The notes under the pieces were generated by a model that ran no database searches, was not told the origin of the DNA, and saw nothing but the letters and a program-made list of their open reading frames with translations. Position numbers and translations under genes: made by a program. A DNA stretch of 62,691 bases, filler included. It is 4 parts of 4 records of this genome, joined end to end, with 100 filler letters (N's around TTAATTAATTAA, not from the genome) between each part and the next. Parts side by side here need not be neighbours in the genome. Positions count along the whole stretch, not along the records: positions 1 to 25,360 come from SRR20825010_3783; 3 more parts are not named here. The stretch is one strand, 5' to 3'. How positions within the stretch are numbered: position 1 is the stretch's first letter; each line of letters starts with the position of its first letter. Positions 9,616 through 19,184 of the stretch are shown here, in pieces.

Positions 9616-10191
9616 TCAATAATCCAGCCTGCCGGAAACCTTTTCTCGCAAATCTGATAAAACTTCTTCCTCAAACCAAGGATTTTTGCTCAACCAAAAC
9701 CGATTTCTTGGCGATGGATGCGGCAACACAAAATAATCGGGCAAATATTCTTGGTAGTGTTTCACTGTTTCCGTCAAATTTCGCTTCATCGTATTGCCCA
9801 AATAGTAGTTTTGCGCATATTGACCTATCAAGACAGTCAGTGTCAAGTTTGGCATTTGATTTATCAGCGACTCATGCCATAAGGGGGCACACTCGGGACG
9901 TGGTGGTAAATCCCCGGATTTTCCTTTGCCCGGATAACAGAATCCCATTGGGAGAAGGGCCAAAAGTTGTTCATTATAAAATTGTTCATCCGTTACGCCC
10001 AGCCATTTTCTTAGCTGCCTTCCGCTAGGGTCATCCCAAGGAACCTCTGTTTGATGGACTTTGGTACCGGGCGCCTGCCCAATAATCGCAATTCTTGATT
10101 CTGGATGGGCAGCAACAATGGGTCTGGGCCCTAAGGGCAAATGCTCCTCGCAATGTATGCAGTTCCGTATTTGGGATAGTAGTTCGTCCAT
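9616..10191 (-). CDS. Uracil-DNA glycosylase-like family protein
   Basis: IIGQAPG, WDDPSG, MGFCYPG and LPHPSPRN motifs. Confidence 0.9.
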   Translation of the reverse strand: MDELLSQIRNCIHCEEHLPLGPRPIVAAHPESRIAIIGQAPGTKVHQTEVPWDDPSGRQLRKWLGVTDEQFYNEQLLALLPMGFCYPGKGKSGDLPPRPECAPLWHESLINQMPNLTLTVLIGQYAQNYYLGNTMKRNLTETVKHYQEYLPDYFVLPHPSPRNRFWLSKNPWFEEEVLSDLREKVSGRLDY

Positions 10192-10230
10192 CTAATGTAC
10201 TGGGTCGTAAAGTTGTGTTGAAGTTAACAA

Positions 10231-10902
10231 CTATTTCTTCCCGCCGACCACAATCACAAATTCTCCTTTGGGTGCTTTATTGTTGAAGTGTTCCAGTACT
10301 TCAGCAACGGTTCCGCGAACGGTCTCTTCGTATAATTTGGTCAATTCCCTGGAAACGGAAATAGGCCGGTCTTCTCCAAAATACTCGGCGAAATGCGCCA
10401 AAGTTTTGAGTACCTTATGGGGCGATTCGTAAAAAACCATGGTTCTGGTTTCTTCGGCAAGTTCCAAAAGTCGGGTCTGGCGGCCTTTTTTCACAGGTAA
10501 AAATCCTTCAAAAATAAATCGGTCGTTGGGCAATCCACTGTTCACTATAGCTGGAACAAAGGCCGTTGCTCCCGGCAAACACTCTACTTCAATGTCGTTT
10601 TCAATGCAAGCACGGGTCAGTAAAAATCCAGGGTCGGAAATTGCCGGTGTACCTGCGTCCGAAATGAGGGCGTAATTAGTTCCTTCTTTCATTTTTTGCA
10701 CTAAACCATCAACCTGTTTGTGCTCGTTGTGCATGTGATGGCTCTGTAGATGCGTGTTGATCTCAAAATGCTTCAGCAATTTACCGCTGGTTCGGGTATC
10801 TTCCGCCAAAACCACATCCACCTCTTTGAGCACTTTAATGGCTCGGAGAGTAATGTCCTCAAGATTTCCTATTGGCGTCGGAACCAGATATAGCTTTCCC
10901 AT
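10231..10902 (-). CDS. rsmI: 16S rRNA (cytidine(1402)-2'-O)-methyltransferase
   Basis: LYLVPTPIGNLEDIT, SDAGTPAISDPG, FYESPH and RELTK motifs. Confidence 0.96.
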   Translation of the reverse strand: MGKLYLVPTPIGNLEDITLRAIKVLKEVDVVLAEDTRTSGKLLKHFEINTHLQSHHMHNEHKQVDGLVQKMKEGTNYALISDAGTPAISDPGFLLTRACIENDIEVECLPGATAFVPAIVNSGLPNDRFIFEGFLPVKKGRQTRLLELAEETRTMVFYESPHKVLKTLAHFAEYFGEDRPISVSRELTKLYEETVRGTVAEVLEHFNNKAPKGEFVIVVGGKK

Positions 10903-10950
10903 GGACCAAAGTTACGGTCTTACAATCAAAATAAAATTGAAAAAATGGAT

Positions 10951-11643
10951 TTATGCGAACCTACGTTCAATTAGGGCAATAAAGCGAGCCTCATACTCCT
11001 CTTTACCTTCCCAATTATTGTACTCGGGTTTCACCATATTGTTTATAAAAGCAACAGAGCGTTCTTCAGAGTCAATTGTTGTAAGCTGGGAAAGCACACG
11101 GGTATAATCCTCCATGTCATTATTGAACAAGTGCTTCACAAAGGCCAGTTTATCGTTAAGGCCAATCTGGAAGTCTTTGGCCAAACGGTCGTTTAACGAT
11201 TTTGGCTTTATCGATTTTGAAGCTGCGCTGAAATTCTCATCGGGCGTTACCTCATCTTTGTCGTTCTTCATCAAATTGGGCTTTGCCACGAACTCGGCAA
11301 ACACCTTTTCCAAATCCATATTGGAAGGCATTTCGGAAACAATATCCTTGATCGTATCCATAGAAGGTGTCGTAATGATATCTTCCTGGTGCGGATTGCT
11401 CTCCGGAACTGATGTGTTTCCGCTTAAAACGGCATTGGCCATTTTCTCGAACCTTGAGGCTATGACGTTTTGGGACACATCTACCTCAACATCGTTCAAT
11501 TTTTCATCTATGAATTTCAATACGGCCAACTTTTCATAAATCTTTCTTGATTTTTCGTACAATGCCGCAAGATCGGTGTCCTCCCGTGCAGTTATTATCT
11601 CTGTGGACAACTTGATCAACTCTTCCCTCAATTTCCGTATCAT
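10951..11643 (-). CDS. Hypothetical protein
   Basis: 230-aa ORF co-oriented with rsmI; C-terminal IGLNDKLAFVKHLF...F..LIERRF block looks like a conserved Bacteroidota domain. Confidence 0.75.
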   Translation of the reverse strand: MIRKLREELIKLSTEIITAREDTDLAALYEKSRKIYEKLAVLKFIDEKLNDVEVDVSQNVIASRFEKMANAVLSGNTSVPESNPHQEDIITTPSMDTIKDIVSEMPSNMDLEKVFAEFVAKPNLMKNDKDEVTPDENFSAASKSIKPKSLNDRLAKDFQIGLNDKLAFVKHLFNNDMEDYTRVLSQLTTIDSEERSVAFINNMVKPEYNNWEGKEEYEARFIALIERRFA

Positions 11644-11798
11644 AGCTTTTCTTCTTTACTATAAAAATATAACGATTTTGCAAATACCCTATCAACAAAA
11701 GGTTAAAATCTTATTGAAAACAGGGGTGCATTTTTTTAGTAGCTTTGTGGTCGTCCCAAAATAACGGGAAAACAAACAATTTCTTTCAAAAATACGGT

Positions 11799-12443
11799 AT
11801 GTTTCTCGAAAACACAGTCAACCCTAAGGAACAGTTTGGATGGATCGAGGTGATTTGCGGTTCCATGTTTTCCGGAAAGACCGAAGAACTGATCCGAAGA
11901 CTGAAGCGCGCCCAGTTTGCCAAGCAAAAAGTGGAAATATTCAAGCCCATTGTGGATACGCGTTATCATGAAGAAATGGTGGTATCCCACGATTCCAACG
12001 AAATTCGTTCAACACCTGTTCCGGCCGCGGCCAATATTCGACTTTTAGCGGACGACTGTGATGTGATCGGTATTGACGAAGCTCAATTTTTTGATGATGA
12101 AATCGTAACCGTTTGCAATGATTTGGCCAATAGGGGCATACGTGTGGTAGTTGCAGGACTTGACATGGATTTTAAGGGCAATCCTTTTGGTCCCATGCCA
12201 GCCTTGATGGCCACAGCGGAATATGTGACCAAAGTACACGCCGTGTGCACGCGCACCGGAAACTTGGCCAACTATAGCTTTAGGAAATCCCTCAACGATA
12301 ATTTGGTGCTCCTTGGTGAAACCGAGGAGTATGAGCCCTTGAGCCGTGCCGCATTTTATAAAGCCATGCTTCGCGAAAAAATTAAGGAAATGGACGTAAG
12401 TTCGGAAGAGGTCACCTCCAAAAAAGACAAATCCAATGCGTAA
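11799..12443 (+). CDS. tdk: Thymidine kinase
   Basis: [18 protein letters not shown] and AGLDMDF motifs; TAGCTTTG -7 element at 11740-11747. Confidence 0.96.
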   Translation: MFLENTVNPKEQFGWIEVICGSMFSGKTEELIRRLKRAQFAKQKVEIFKPIVDTRYHEEMVVSHDSNEIRSTPVPAAANIRLLADDCDVIGIDEAQFFDDEIVTVCNDLANRGIRVVVAGLDMDFKGNPFGPMPALMATAEYVTKVHAVCTRTGNLANYSFRKSLNDNLVLLGETEEYEPLSRAAFYKAMLREKIKEMDVSSEEVTSKKDKSNA

Positions 12444-13545
12444 GGTAGGGGAAACTACGTTAATCTTGGATCTTGCATCCTTGGAACACAATTACAACTA
12501 CTTGCGCTCCAAAATAGACTTTGAAACCAAATTTTTAGGGGTAGTAAAGGCCTTTGCCTACGGTAGCGATATGGTCACTATTGCCCATAAACTGGAACAA
12601 TTGGGTGCCAATTATTTGGCTGTTGCCTATGTGAGCGAAGGAATCCTGTTACGGGAAGCCGGAATTCAACTTCCTATTTTGGTATTGCACCCTTTGGCTT
12701 CCAATTTTGAGGATTTGATCGAGCATCATTTGGAGCCGAGCCTTTATTCGAGAAACATCCTGAACCAGTTCCTTGAAGCTGCGAACACCAAGAACCAAAA
12801 GGATTATCCGGTCCACATTAAATTCAATACCGGATTGAACCGTTTGGGTTTCTCAGAGGCCGATGTAAATTTTATCGCGGAAGAAACCAAGCGTAACGAA
12901 TGCATCAAAATAGTTTCTTGCTTTTCGCACTTGGCGGCGTCGGAAGATAAAAACGAGCGTGATTTTAGTATTGATCAAATCAATTCATTCAAAAATTTGA
13001 GCAGCAATCTCATGGATAAGTTGGGATATGCGCCCATGCGACACATGCTGAACACTTCGGGTATCATCAACTATCCAGAGGCACAGTTTGAAATGGTTCG
13101 TAGTGGAATAGGACTTTATGGCTACGGCAACCAAGCTGAAATTGATGCAGAATTAAAGGCCGTGGCTACCCTAAAAACCATTATTTCTCAGATACATGAG
13201 ATCGGGGCCAATCAATCCGTAGGGTACAACCGAGCATTCAGATCGAGCCACAATATAAAAAGTGCCACGTTGCCCATTGGACATGCCGATGGTATTGGCC
13301 GACAGTACGGAAAGGGCAAAGGCGTTGTGACCATCAATAATAAAAAAGCACCTATTTTGGGCAATGTTTGTATGGATATGATCATGGTGGATGTGACTGA
13401 AATCGACTGTAAAGAAGGTGATGAGGCCATTGTGTTCGGCACGGAAAAATCTGCGGAAAAATTTGCCTCCAACGCGGGCACCATTTCCTACGAAATTCTC
13501 ACGGCCATATCGCAACGGGTAAAAAGAGTGGTTACGGGAGCTTGA
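12436..13545 (+). CDS. alr: Alanine racemase
   Basis: [12 protein letters not shown]-lysine motif; [24 protein letters not shown]. Confidence 0.95.
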   Translation: MRKVGETTLILDLASLEHNYNYLRSKIDFETKFLGVVKAFAYGSDMVTIAHKLEQLGANYLAVAYVSEGILLREAGIQLPILVLHPLASNFEDLIEHHLEPSLYSRNILNQFLEAANTKNQKDYPVHIKFNTGLNRLGFSEADVNFIAEETKRNECIKIVSCFSHLAASEDKNERDFSIDQINSFKNLSSNLMDKLGYAPMRHMLNTSGIINYPEAQFEMVRSGIGLYGYGNQAEIDAELKAVATLKTIISQIHEIGANQSVGYNRAFRSSHNIKSATLPIGHADGIGRQYGKGKGVVTINNKKAPILGNVCMDMIMVDVTEIDCKEGDEAIVFGTEKSAEKFASNAGTISYEILTAISQRVKRVVTGA

Positions 13546-13599
13546 CTATTACCTTTGATTTACTTAATTTGTATTGGATTAACCAATACTCAACTATAA

Positions 13600-14010
13600 A
13601 TGGGATTTTTAAAAGAATTTAAGGACTTTGCCATGAAAGGAAACCTGGTGGATATCGCCGTAGGTTTCGTTATGGGTGCCGCATTCAACAAAGTGGTGTC
13701 TTCGTTCACGGGAGGAATAGTTTCCCCCTTGATCGGTTTGTTGTTCAAAGCAGATTTCAACGATTTGAAATATGTCATTACCGAAGGAACGGTGAACGAT
13801 GCCGGGGAAACGGTCGGGGAAATCGCTGTGCTGTACGGTGCCTTCCTTACCAATGTAATCGACTTCCTGATAGTGGCCTTTGTGATGTTTGCCATCGTAA
13901 AAAGTGTGAACAAAATGAAGAAAAAGGAAGAACCAGCTCCTGCAGCTCCAAAAGGTCCGACCCAAGAGGAACTGTTGGCAGAAATACGCGATTTATTGAA
14001 AAAACAATAA
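13600..14010 (+). CDS. mscL: Large-conductance mechanosensitive channel
   Basis: FKDFAMKGNLVDIAVG...LLAEIRDLL. Confidence 0.97.
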   Translation: MGFLKEFKDFAMKGNLVDIAVGFVMGAAFNKVVSSFTGGIVSPLIGLLFKADFNDLKYVITEGTVNDAGETVGEIAVLYGAFLTNVIDFLIVAFVMFAIVKSVNKMKKKEEPAPAAPKGPTQEELLAEIRDLLKKQ

Positions 14011-14057
14011 GTACTGAAGTTTTTCGGTACGACCGCTACATCACAATAACCTTTAAA

Positions 14058-14098
14058 AACCGTCAATCTGTTTTCGCTAACATGTTGACGGTTGTTTT
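14058..14098 (+). terminator. Probable terminator hairpin after mscL
   Basis: AACCGTCAA...TTGACGGTT stem followed by GTTTT. Confidence 0.5.
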
Positions 14099-14296
14099 AT
14101 TCATAACATTTTGTTATTTTTTATTGATTGGAGATAAAAAAAGCTTGTTTAACTCGCTGACTAAAGTACCTTTGCGGCAAGAAATATTTTTATAATGAAA
14201 CCGACATGGTTAAAATAATCATTACATATTGCTGGAATGACTATTTTAATTATCAAAGGTTACATCTGACCAATAAAAAAGAATAAAGATATACAG

Positions 14297-15310
14297 ATGA
14301 AAGTAGCAGTTGTTGGTGCCACCGGAATGGTAGGCGAGGTAATGTTGAAAGTATTGGAAGAACGTAACTTCCCTATTTCAGAATTGTTGTTGGTAGCCTC
14401 GGAGCGCTCCGTGGGCAAAAAACTCACCTATAAAAATGAGGAATATACCGTAATCGGTCTGGCGGACGCTGTAGCCGCTCAACCAGACATTGCCATTTTC
14501 TCCGCAGGAGGGGAAACCTCTTTGGAGTGGGCCCCAAAATTTGCCGAGGTGGGTACCACTGTAATCGATAATTCATCGGCTTGGCGTATGGACCCGACCA
14601 AAAAATTAGTGGTTCCCGAAATCAATGCGAGTGCATTGACCGTTGAAGATAAAATCATTGCGAATCCCAACTGCTCCACCATACAAATGGTTTTGGCCTT
14701 GGACCCGCTGCATAAAAAATATCAGATGAAACGAGTGGTGGTTTCCACCTACCAGTCCGTTTCGGGTACTGGCGTAAAAGCTGTGCAACAAATGGAGAAC
14801 GAAGCGGCTGGAATCGAAGGCGAAATGGCCTATCCTTACCCCATCAACCGAAACGCATTGCCACATTGCGATGTATTCTTGGAAAACGGATATACCAAAG
14901 AAGAGATGAAATTGGCCCGTGAGCCTCAAAAAATATTGGACGACCGTTCATTTTCGGTTACCGCAACCGCTGTGCGTATTCCTACCGCAGGTGGTCACTC
15001 GGAATCCGTAAACGTGGAGTTCCACAACGATTTTGATTTGGCGGAAGTGCGACAATTGCTCAGCGAAACCCCAGGAATCGTGGTGCAGGACAATCCTGAA
15101 ACCAACACCTACCCCATGCCCGTTTTTGCCAATGGCAAGGACGATGTTTTTGTGGGCAGGCTCCGTAGGGACGAAACCCAGCCCAACACCTTGAACATGT
15201 GGATTGTTGCGGACAACCTAAGAAAAGGAGCTGCTACCAATGCTGTACAGATTGCAGAGTATTTGGTGGAGAACAGTTTAGTTTCAAATACTTCTGAAGC
15301 TATTTCATAA
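14297..15310 (+). CDS. asd: Aspartate-semialdehyde dehydrogenase
   Basis: VVGATGMVG, DNSSAWRM, IANPNCST and DNLRKGAATN; TACCTTTG -7 element at 14167-14174. Confidence 0.97.
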   Translation: MKVAVVGATGMVGEVMLKVLEERNFPISELLLVASERSVGKKLTYKNEEYTVIGLADAVAAQPDIAIFSAGGETSLEWAPKFAEVGTTVIDNSSAWRMDPTKKLVVPEINASALTVEDKIIANPNCSTIQMVLALDPLHKKYQMKRVVVSTYQSVSGTGVKAVQQMENEAAGIEGEMAYPYPINRNALPHCDVFLENGYTKEEMKLAREPQKILDDRSFSVTATAVRIPTAGGHSESVNVEFHNDFDLAEVRQLLSETPGIVVQDNPETNTYPMPVFANGKDDVFVGRLRRDETQPNTLNMWIVADNLRKGAATNAVQIAEYLVENSLVSNTSEAIS

Positions 15311-15386
15311 AATTCGTTAAAGCATTAACCGTGGCCAATAGGTTTGTGTGTTTTATGTACTTTTATCGGAATCAATCCGAGAAAAC

Positions 15387-17543
15387 ATGAAAAACATAAG
15401 TCTGTTGGCTGCTTTGGTTTTATTTGCGGCCTGCAAAGAAGAATCTAAAACCAGAGAACCTATTACTGTGAACTATCCCACTACCAAAAAAGTTGATACT
15501 GTAGATAATTATTTTGGAACAGAGGTCCCAGATCCATACCGCTGGCTGGAGGACGACCGCAGCGAGGAGACCGAAGCCTGGGTAAAAAAGCAGAATGCGG
15601 CCACCTTCGGATATTTGGAAAAAATCCCTTTTCGCGAAGACCTAAAAAACCGATTGGAAAAACTCTGGAACTACGAAAAAGTCGGTTCCCCTTTTAAAGA
15701 AGGTGATTACACCTATTACTACAAAAACAACGGGCTACAGAACCAATATGTGGTCTACCGCAAAAAGGATAATGGCGAAGAAGAGGTGTTTTTGGATCCC
15801 AATACGTTTTCCGAGGATGGCACCACCTCTTTGATGGGACTTAGCTTCACCAAAGACGGTTCCAAAGCTGCATACCTTATTTCCGAGGGCGGAAGCGATT
15901 GGCGCAAGGGCATTGTTATCGATGCGGAATCCAAAGAAATTGTAGAGGACACCCTGGTGGATATCAAGTTCAGTGGTATCTCTTGGAAAGGCAACGAAGG
16001 TTTCTACTACTCCAGCTATGATAAGCCCGAGGGCAGCGAGTTGTCGGCAAAAACGGACCAGCATAAATTATACTATCACAAATTGGGCACTCCACAGTCC
16101 GAAGATAAGATCATCTTTGGAGGCACACCCGAAGAAAAACACCGCTACGTAGGCGGTTCCGTTTCCGAAGACCAAAAATATCTTTTTATAACAGCTTCTA
16201 TATCCACTTCCGGCAACAAGCTGTTTATGATGGATCTTTCCAAAGAAAACCCTGAACTGGTTACCATTTTGGATGATACCGATTCTGACACCTACCCCAT
16301 AGAAAATGAAGGCTCCAAGCTTTATTTGGTAACCGACAGGGATGCGCCGAATAAAAAGGTAGTGACCGTGGACGCTTCCAACCCAACCCCGGACAATTGG
16401 AAAGATCTGATTCCTGAAACGGAAAATGTATTGACTGCCGCAACCGGAGGAGGTTATTTCTTCGCGGAATACATGGTGGATGCCATTTCCAAAGTACTTC
16501 AATATGATTATGATGGTAACTTGGTCCGAGAAGTGAAACTGCCCGGAGTGGGAAGCGCAGGAGGTTTTGGCGGCAAAAAAGAGGACAAAGAATTCTATTT
16601 CTCATTTACCAATTACAATACCCCGGGCTCCTTGTACAAATACAATGTGGACACTGGCGAGTACGAACAATATTGGAAACCTCAAATCGATTTTAACCCA
16701 GGTGACTACGAGTCCAAACAGGTGTTCTACAACTCTAAGGATGGCACAAAAGTGCCGATGATCATCACCTATAAAAAAGGAACGGAGCTTAACGGAAAAA
16801 ACCCGACCATTCTTTATGGTTATGGAGGCTTTAATGTAAGTTTAACGCCTTCTTTCAGTATTGTGAATGCCGTTTGGATGGAACAAGGCGGTGTATATGC
16901 CGTTCCCAACCTTCGCGGTGGTGGCGAATACGGTAAAAAATGGCACATTGCCGGAACAAAGCTCAATAAACAGAATGTATTTGATGACTTTATCGCGGCT
17001 GCCGAATACCTCATCGAAAACAAATACACCTCAAAAGAGTATCTCGCCATTCGTGGGGGTTCCAACGGAGGCTTGCTGGTTGGCGCCACTATGACCCAAC
17101 GTCCGGACCTAATGCAAGTGGCATTACCGGCCGTAGGTGTAATGGACATGCTCCGTTACCACACCTTTACCGCCGGAGCCGGATGGGCCTATGATTATGG
17201 AACTTCCGAGGACAGCGAGGAAATGTTCAACTACATTAAGGGCTATTCCCCTGTACACAACGTAAAAGAAGGTACGGAATATCCGGCCACCTTGGTGACC
17301 ACAGGAGATCATGATGATCGTGTGGTCCCAGCGCACAGCTTTAAGTTTGCTGCGGAACTACAGGAAAAACAAGCTGGGGAACAGCCAACCCTTATCCGAA
17401 TCGAGACCAATGCAGGTCACGGAGCGGGCACACCGGTGAGTAAAACCATAGAGCAATATGCCGACATTTTCGGGTTCACTTTTTATAATATGGGATACGA
17501 GGAACTTCCCAACCAAGCCGTGCTCAAGGAGTTTAAAGATTAA
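15387..17543 (+). CDS. Prolyl oligopeptidase (S9A), lipoprotein
   Basis: Lipobox LFAAC; DPYRWLE, GGSNGG, DHDDRV and AGHG catalytic motifs. Confidence 0.95.
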   Translation: MKNISLLAALVLFAACKEESKTREPITVNYPTTKKVDTVDNYFGTEVPDPYRWLEDDRSEETEAWVKKQNAATFGYLEKIPFREDLKNRLEKLWNYEKVGSPFKEGDYTYYYKNNGLQNQYVVYRKKDNGEEEVFLDPNTFSEDGTTSLMGLSFTKDGSKAAYLISEGGSDWRKGIVIDAESKEIVEDTLVDIKFSGISWKGNEGFYYSSYDKPEGSELSAKTDQHKLYYHKLGTPQSEDKIIFGGTPEEKHRYVGGSVSEDQKYLFITASISTSGNKLFMMDLSKENPELVTILDDTDSDTYPIENEGSKLYLVTDRDAPNKKVVTVDASNPTPDNWKDLIPETENVLTAATGGGYFFAEYMVDAISKVLQYDYDGNLVREVKLPGVGSAGGFGGKKEDKEFYFSFTNYNTPGSLYKYNVDTGEYEQYWKPQIDFNPGDYESKQVFYNSKDGTKVPMIITYKKGTELNGKNPTILYGYGGFNVSLTPSFSIVNAVWMEQGGVYAVPNLRGGGEYGKKWHIAGTKLNKQNVFDDFIAAAEYLIENKYTSKEYLAIRGGSNGGLLVGATMTQRPDLMQVALPAVGVMDMLRYHTFTAGAGWAYDYGTSEDSEEMFNYIKGYSPVHNVKEGTEYPATLVTTGDHDDRVVPAHSFKFAAELQEKQAGEQPTLIRIETNAGHGAGTPVSKTIEQYADIFGFTFYNMGYEELPNQAVLKEFKD

Positions 17544-17564
17544 TCGAATCCGTCGAAAACCATT

Positions 17565-17640
17565 TATGTCAGTTCGAGCGCAGTCGAGAACAAAACACTT
17601 GTAAATCTTATACGATTTCGGCTGTGCTCGAACTGACATA
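17565..17640. repeat. REP-like intergenic inverted repeat
   Basis: TATGTCAGTTCGAGCGCAGTCGAGA ... TTTCGGCTGTGCTCGAACTGACATA form a 25-bp stem. Confidence 0.8.
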
Positions 17641-17667
17641 TTTTAGACAGATGAGCCACTTATATTT

Positions 17668-18663
17668 ATGCTAAAAGTCCAAGTAGATTCTTTCGGTTAT
17701 CAAGATAAAGCCATTTTAAAAGACATTTCTTTTCAAGTGGCCCCTGGGGAACATGTGGCATTGATGGGCGAAAGCGGCTCTGGAAAAAGCACCTTGCTAA
17801 AGATTGTCTATGGCCTGCTTCATGTGGAGGATGGCTCCATTTTTTGGGGCGATACAGAAGCGCTCGGACCCAATTTTAATCTGGTTCCCGGAGAGCCTTA
17901 TATGAAGTATTTGGCCCAGGATTTTGATTTGATGCCTTTTATTTCCGTAGAAGAGAACATAGGTCAGTTTCTTTCGGTTTTTGAACGCGACACCCATCAA
18001 GAACGCATTGATGAACTCCTAGACCTCATCGAAATGAAACCGTTCGCGAAAACCAAAGTAAAATACCTCAGCGGTGGTCAACAACAACGAGTAGCACTTG
18101 CACGTGTATTGGCTCAAGAGCCGGAGATTTTGCTTTTGGACGAACCCTTCGGCCATATTGACAACTTTAAGCGGATATCCTTAAGAAGAAATCTGTTCCT
18201 ATATCTAAAAAAGCAGGGAATTACCGTGCTTACTGCAAGCCACGACCCTAGCGATGTGCTCCCTTTCGCAGAGCGTACCTTAATATTACAGCAAGGGCGT
18301 GTCATTGCAGACAAAAATACCCAAGACCTCTACAAAAATCCTCCTGATTATTACACGGCATCATTGTTCGGGCAAGTAAACCAAATCCCGATGAAGTTGC
18401 TAAAATCCTATTCTGAAATTGAAAGGTCGATTCTGGTCTATCCCCATGAGTTCAAGTTTTCCGATTCGTCCGGGCTAAAGGTAGCGGTTATGAATTCTTT
18501 TTTTAAGGGAACCCACTACCTCAATGAAGGTATGGCGGAAGATGGCACCTTGGTTTTTTTCAACTCGGAGAAAGAACAGGAAAAAGGAGCCACCATTTTT
18601 CTTAATGTATCTTTGAATACCATTAATAAGAGGCTTCAGGTTGGACAAAAAGCAAATACATAG
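17668..18663 (+). CDS. ABC transporter ATP-binding protein (no permease adjacent)
   Basis: [22 protein letters not shown] and LLLDEPF. Confidence 0.93.
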   Translation: MLKVQVDSFGYQDKAILKDISFQVAPGEHVALMGESGSGKSTLLKIVYGLLHVEDGSIFWGDTEALGPNFNLVPGEPYMKYLAQDFDLMPFISVEENIGQFLSVFERDTHQERIDELLDLIEMKPFAKTKVKYLSGGQQQRVALARVLAQEPEILLLDEPFGHIDNFKRISLRRNLFLYLKKQGITVLTASHDPSDVLPFAERTLILQQGRVIADKNTQDLYKNPPDYYTASLFGQVNQIPMKLLKSYSEIERSILVYPHEFKFSDSSGLKVAVMNSFFKGTHYLNEGMAEDGTLVFFNSEKEQEKGATIFLNVSLNTINKRLQVGQKANT

Positions 18664-19048
18664 GGAACTTCAGTTCAAGGCCATGCGCAGTAGTGGGGCG
18701 GGAGGCCAACATGTGAACAAGGTTTCCTCCAAAGTAGAACTCACTTTTAACATTAGTGAATCAGAAGGGCTTTCGGATAGGGAAAAAGGTCGGATTTTCC
18801 TTAAACTACAATCCCGATTGACCAATGATGGAACTCTGGTTCTTCAATGTGATGAAGCAAGGAGCCAACACCGAAACAAAGACCTTGTCGTGAAGCGGTT
18901 TTTTGATATTCTAAAAAATGCGCTCGTAGTCCCAAAAAAAAGAAAGCCTACCAAACCCACTAAATCCTCAAAAGAAAAAAGATTGAAATCCAAAAAAATT
19001 ACGGCCGAAAAAAAAGCCGCTCGTAAAAAACCAGATTTGGGCAAATAA
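18641..19048 (+). CDS. arfB: Alternative ribosome-rescue peptidyl-tRNA hydrolase ArfB
   Basis: RSSGAGGQHVNKV GGQ motif; RSQHRNK; basic C-tail. Confidence 0.95.
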   Translation: MDKKQIHRELQFKAMRSSGAGGQHVNKVSSKVELTFNISESEGLSDREKGRIFLKLQSRLTNDGTLVLQCDEARSQHRNKDLVVKRFFDILKNALVVPKKRKPTKPTKSSKEKRLKSKKITAEKKAARKKPDLGK

Positions 19049-19184
19049 GAATTTGATGATTTTCAATCTATCAGATTATAAACCCATCAAAAAAAAACAA
19101 ATACACGACAATTCCGACCCGTCTAATTTAGTATCCTCGACACAAATGCTTAATTTTCAGTCAAATTATAACTAATTCAAAAAA

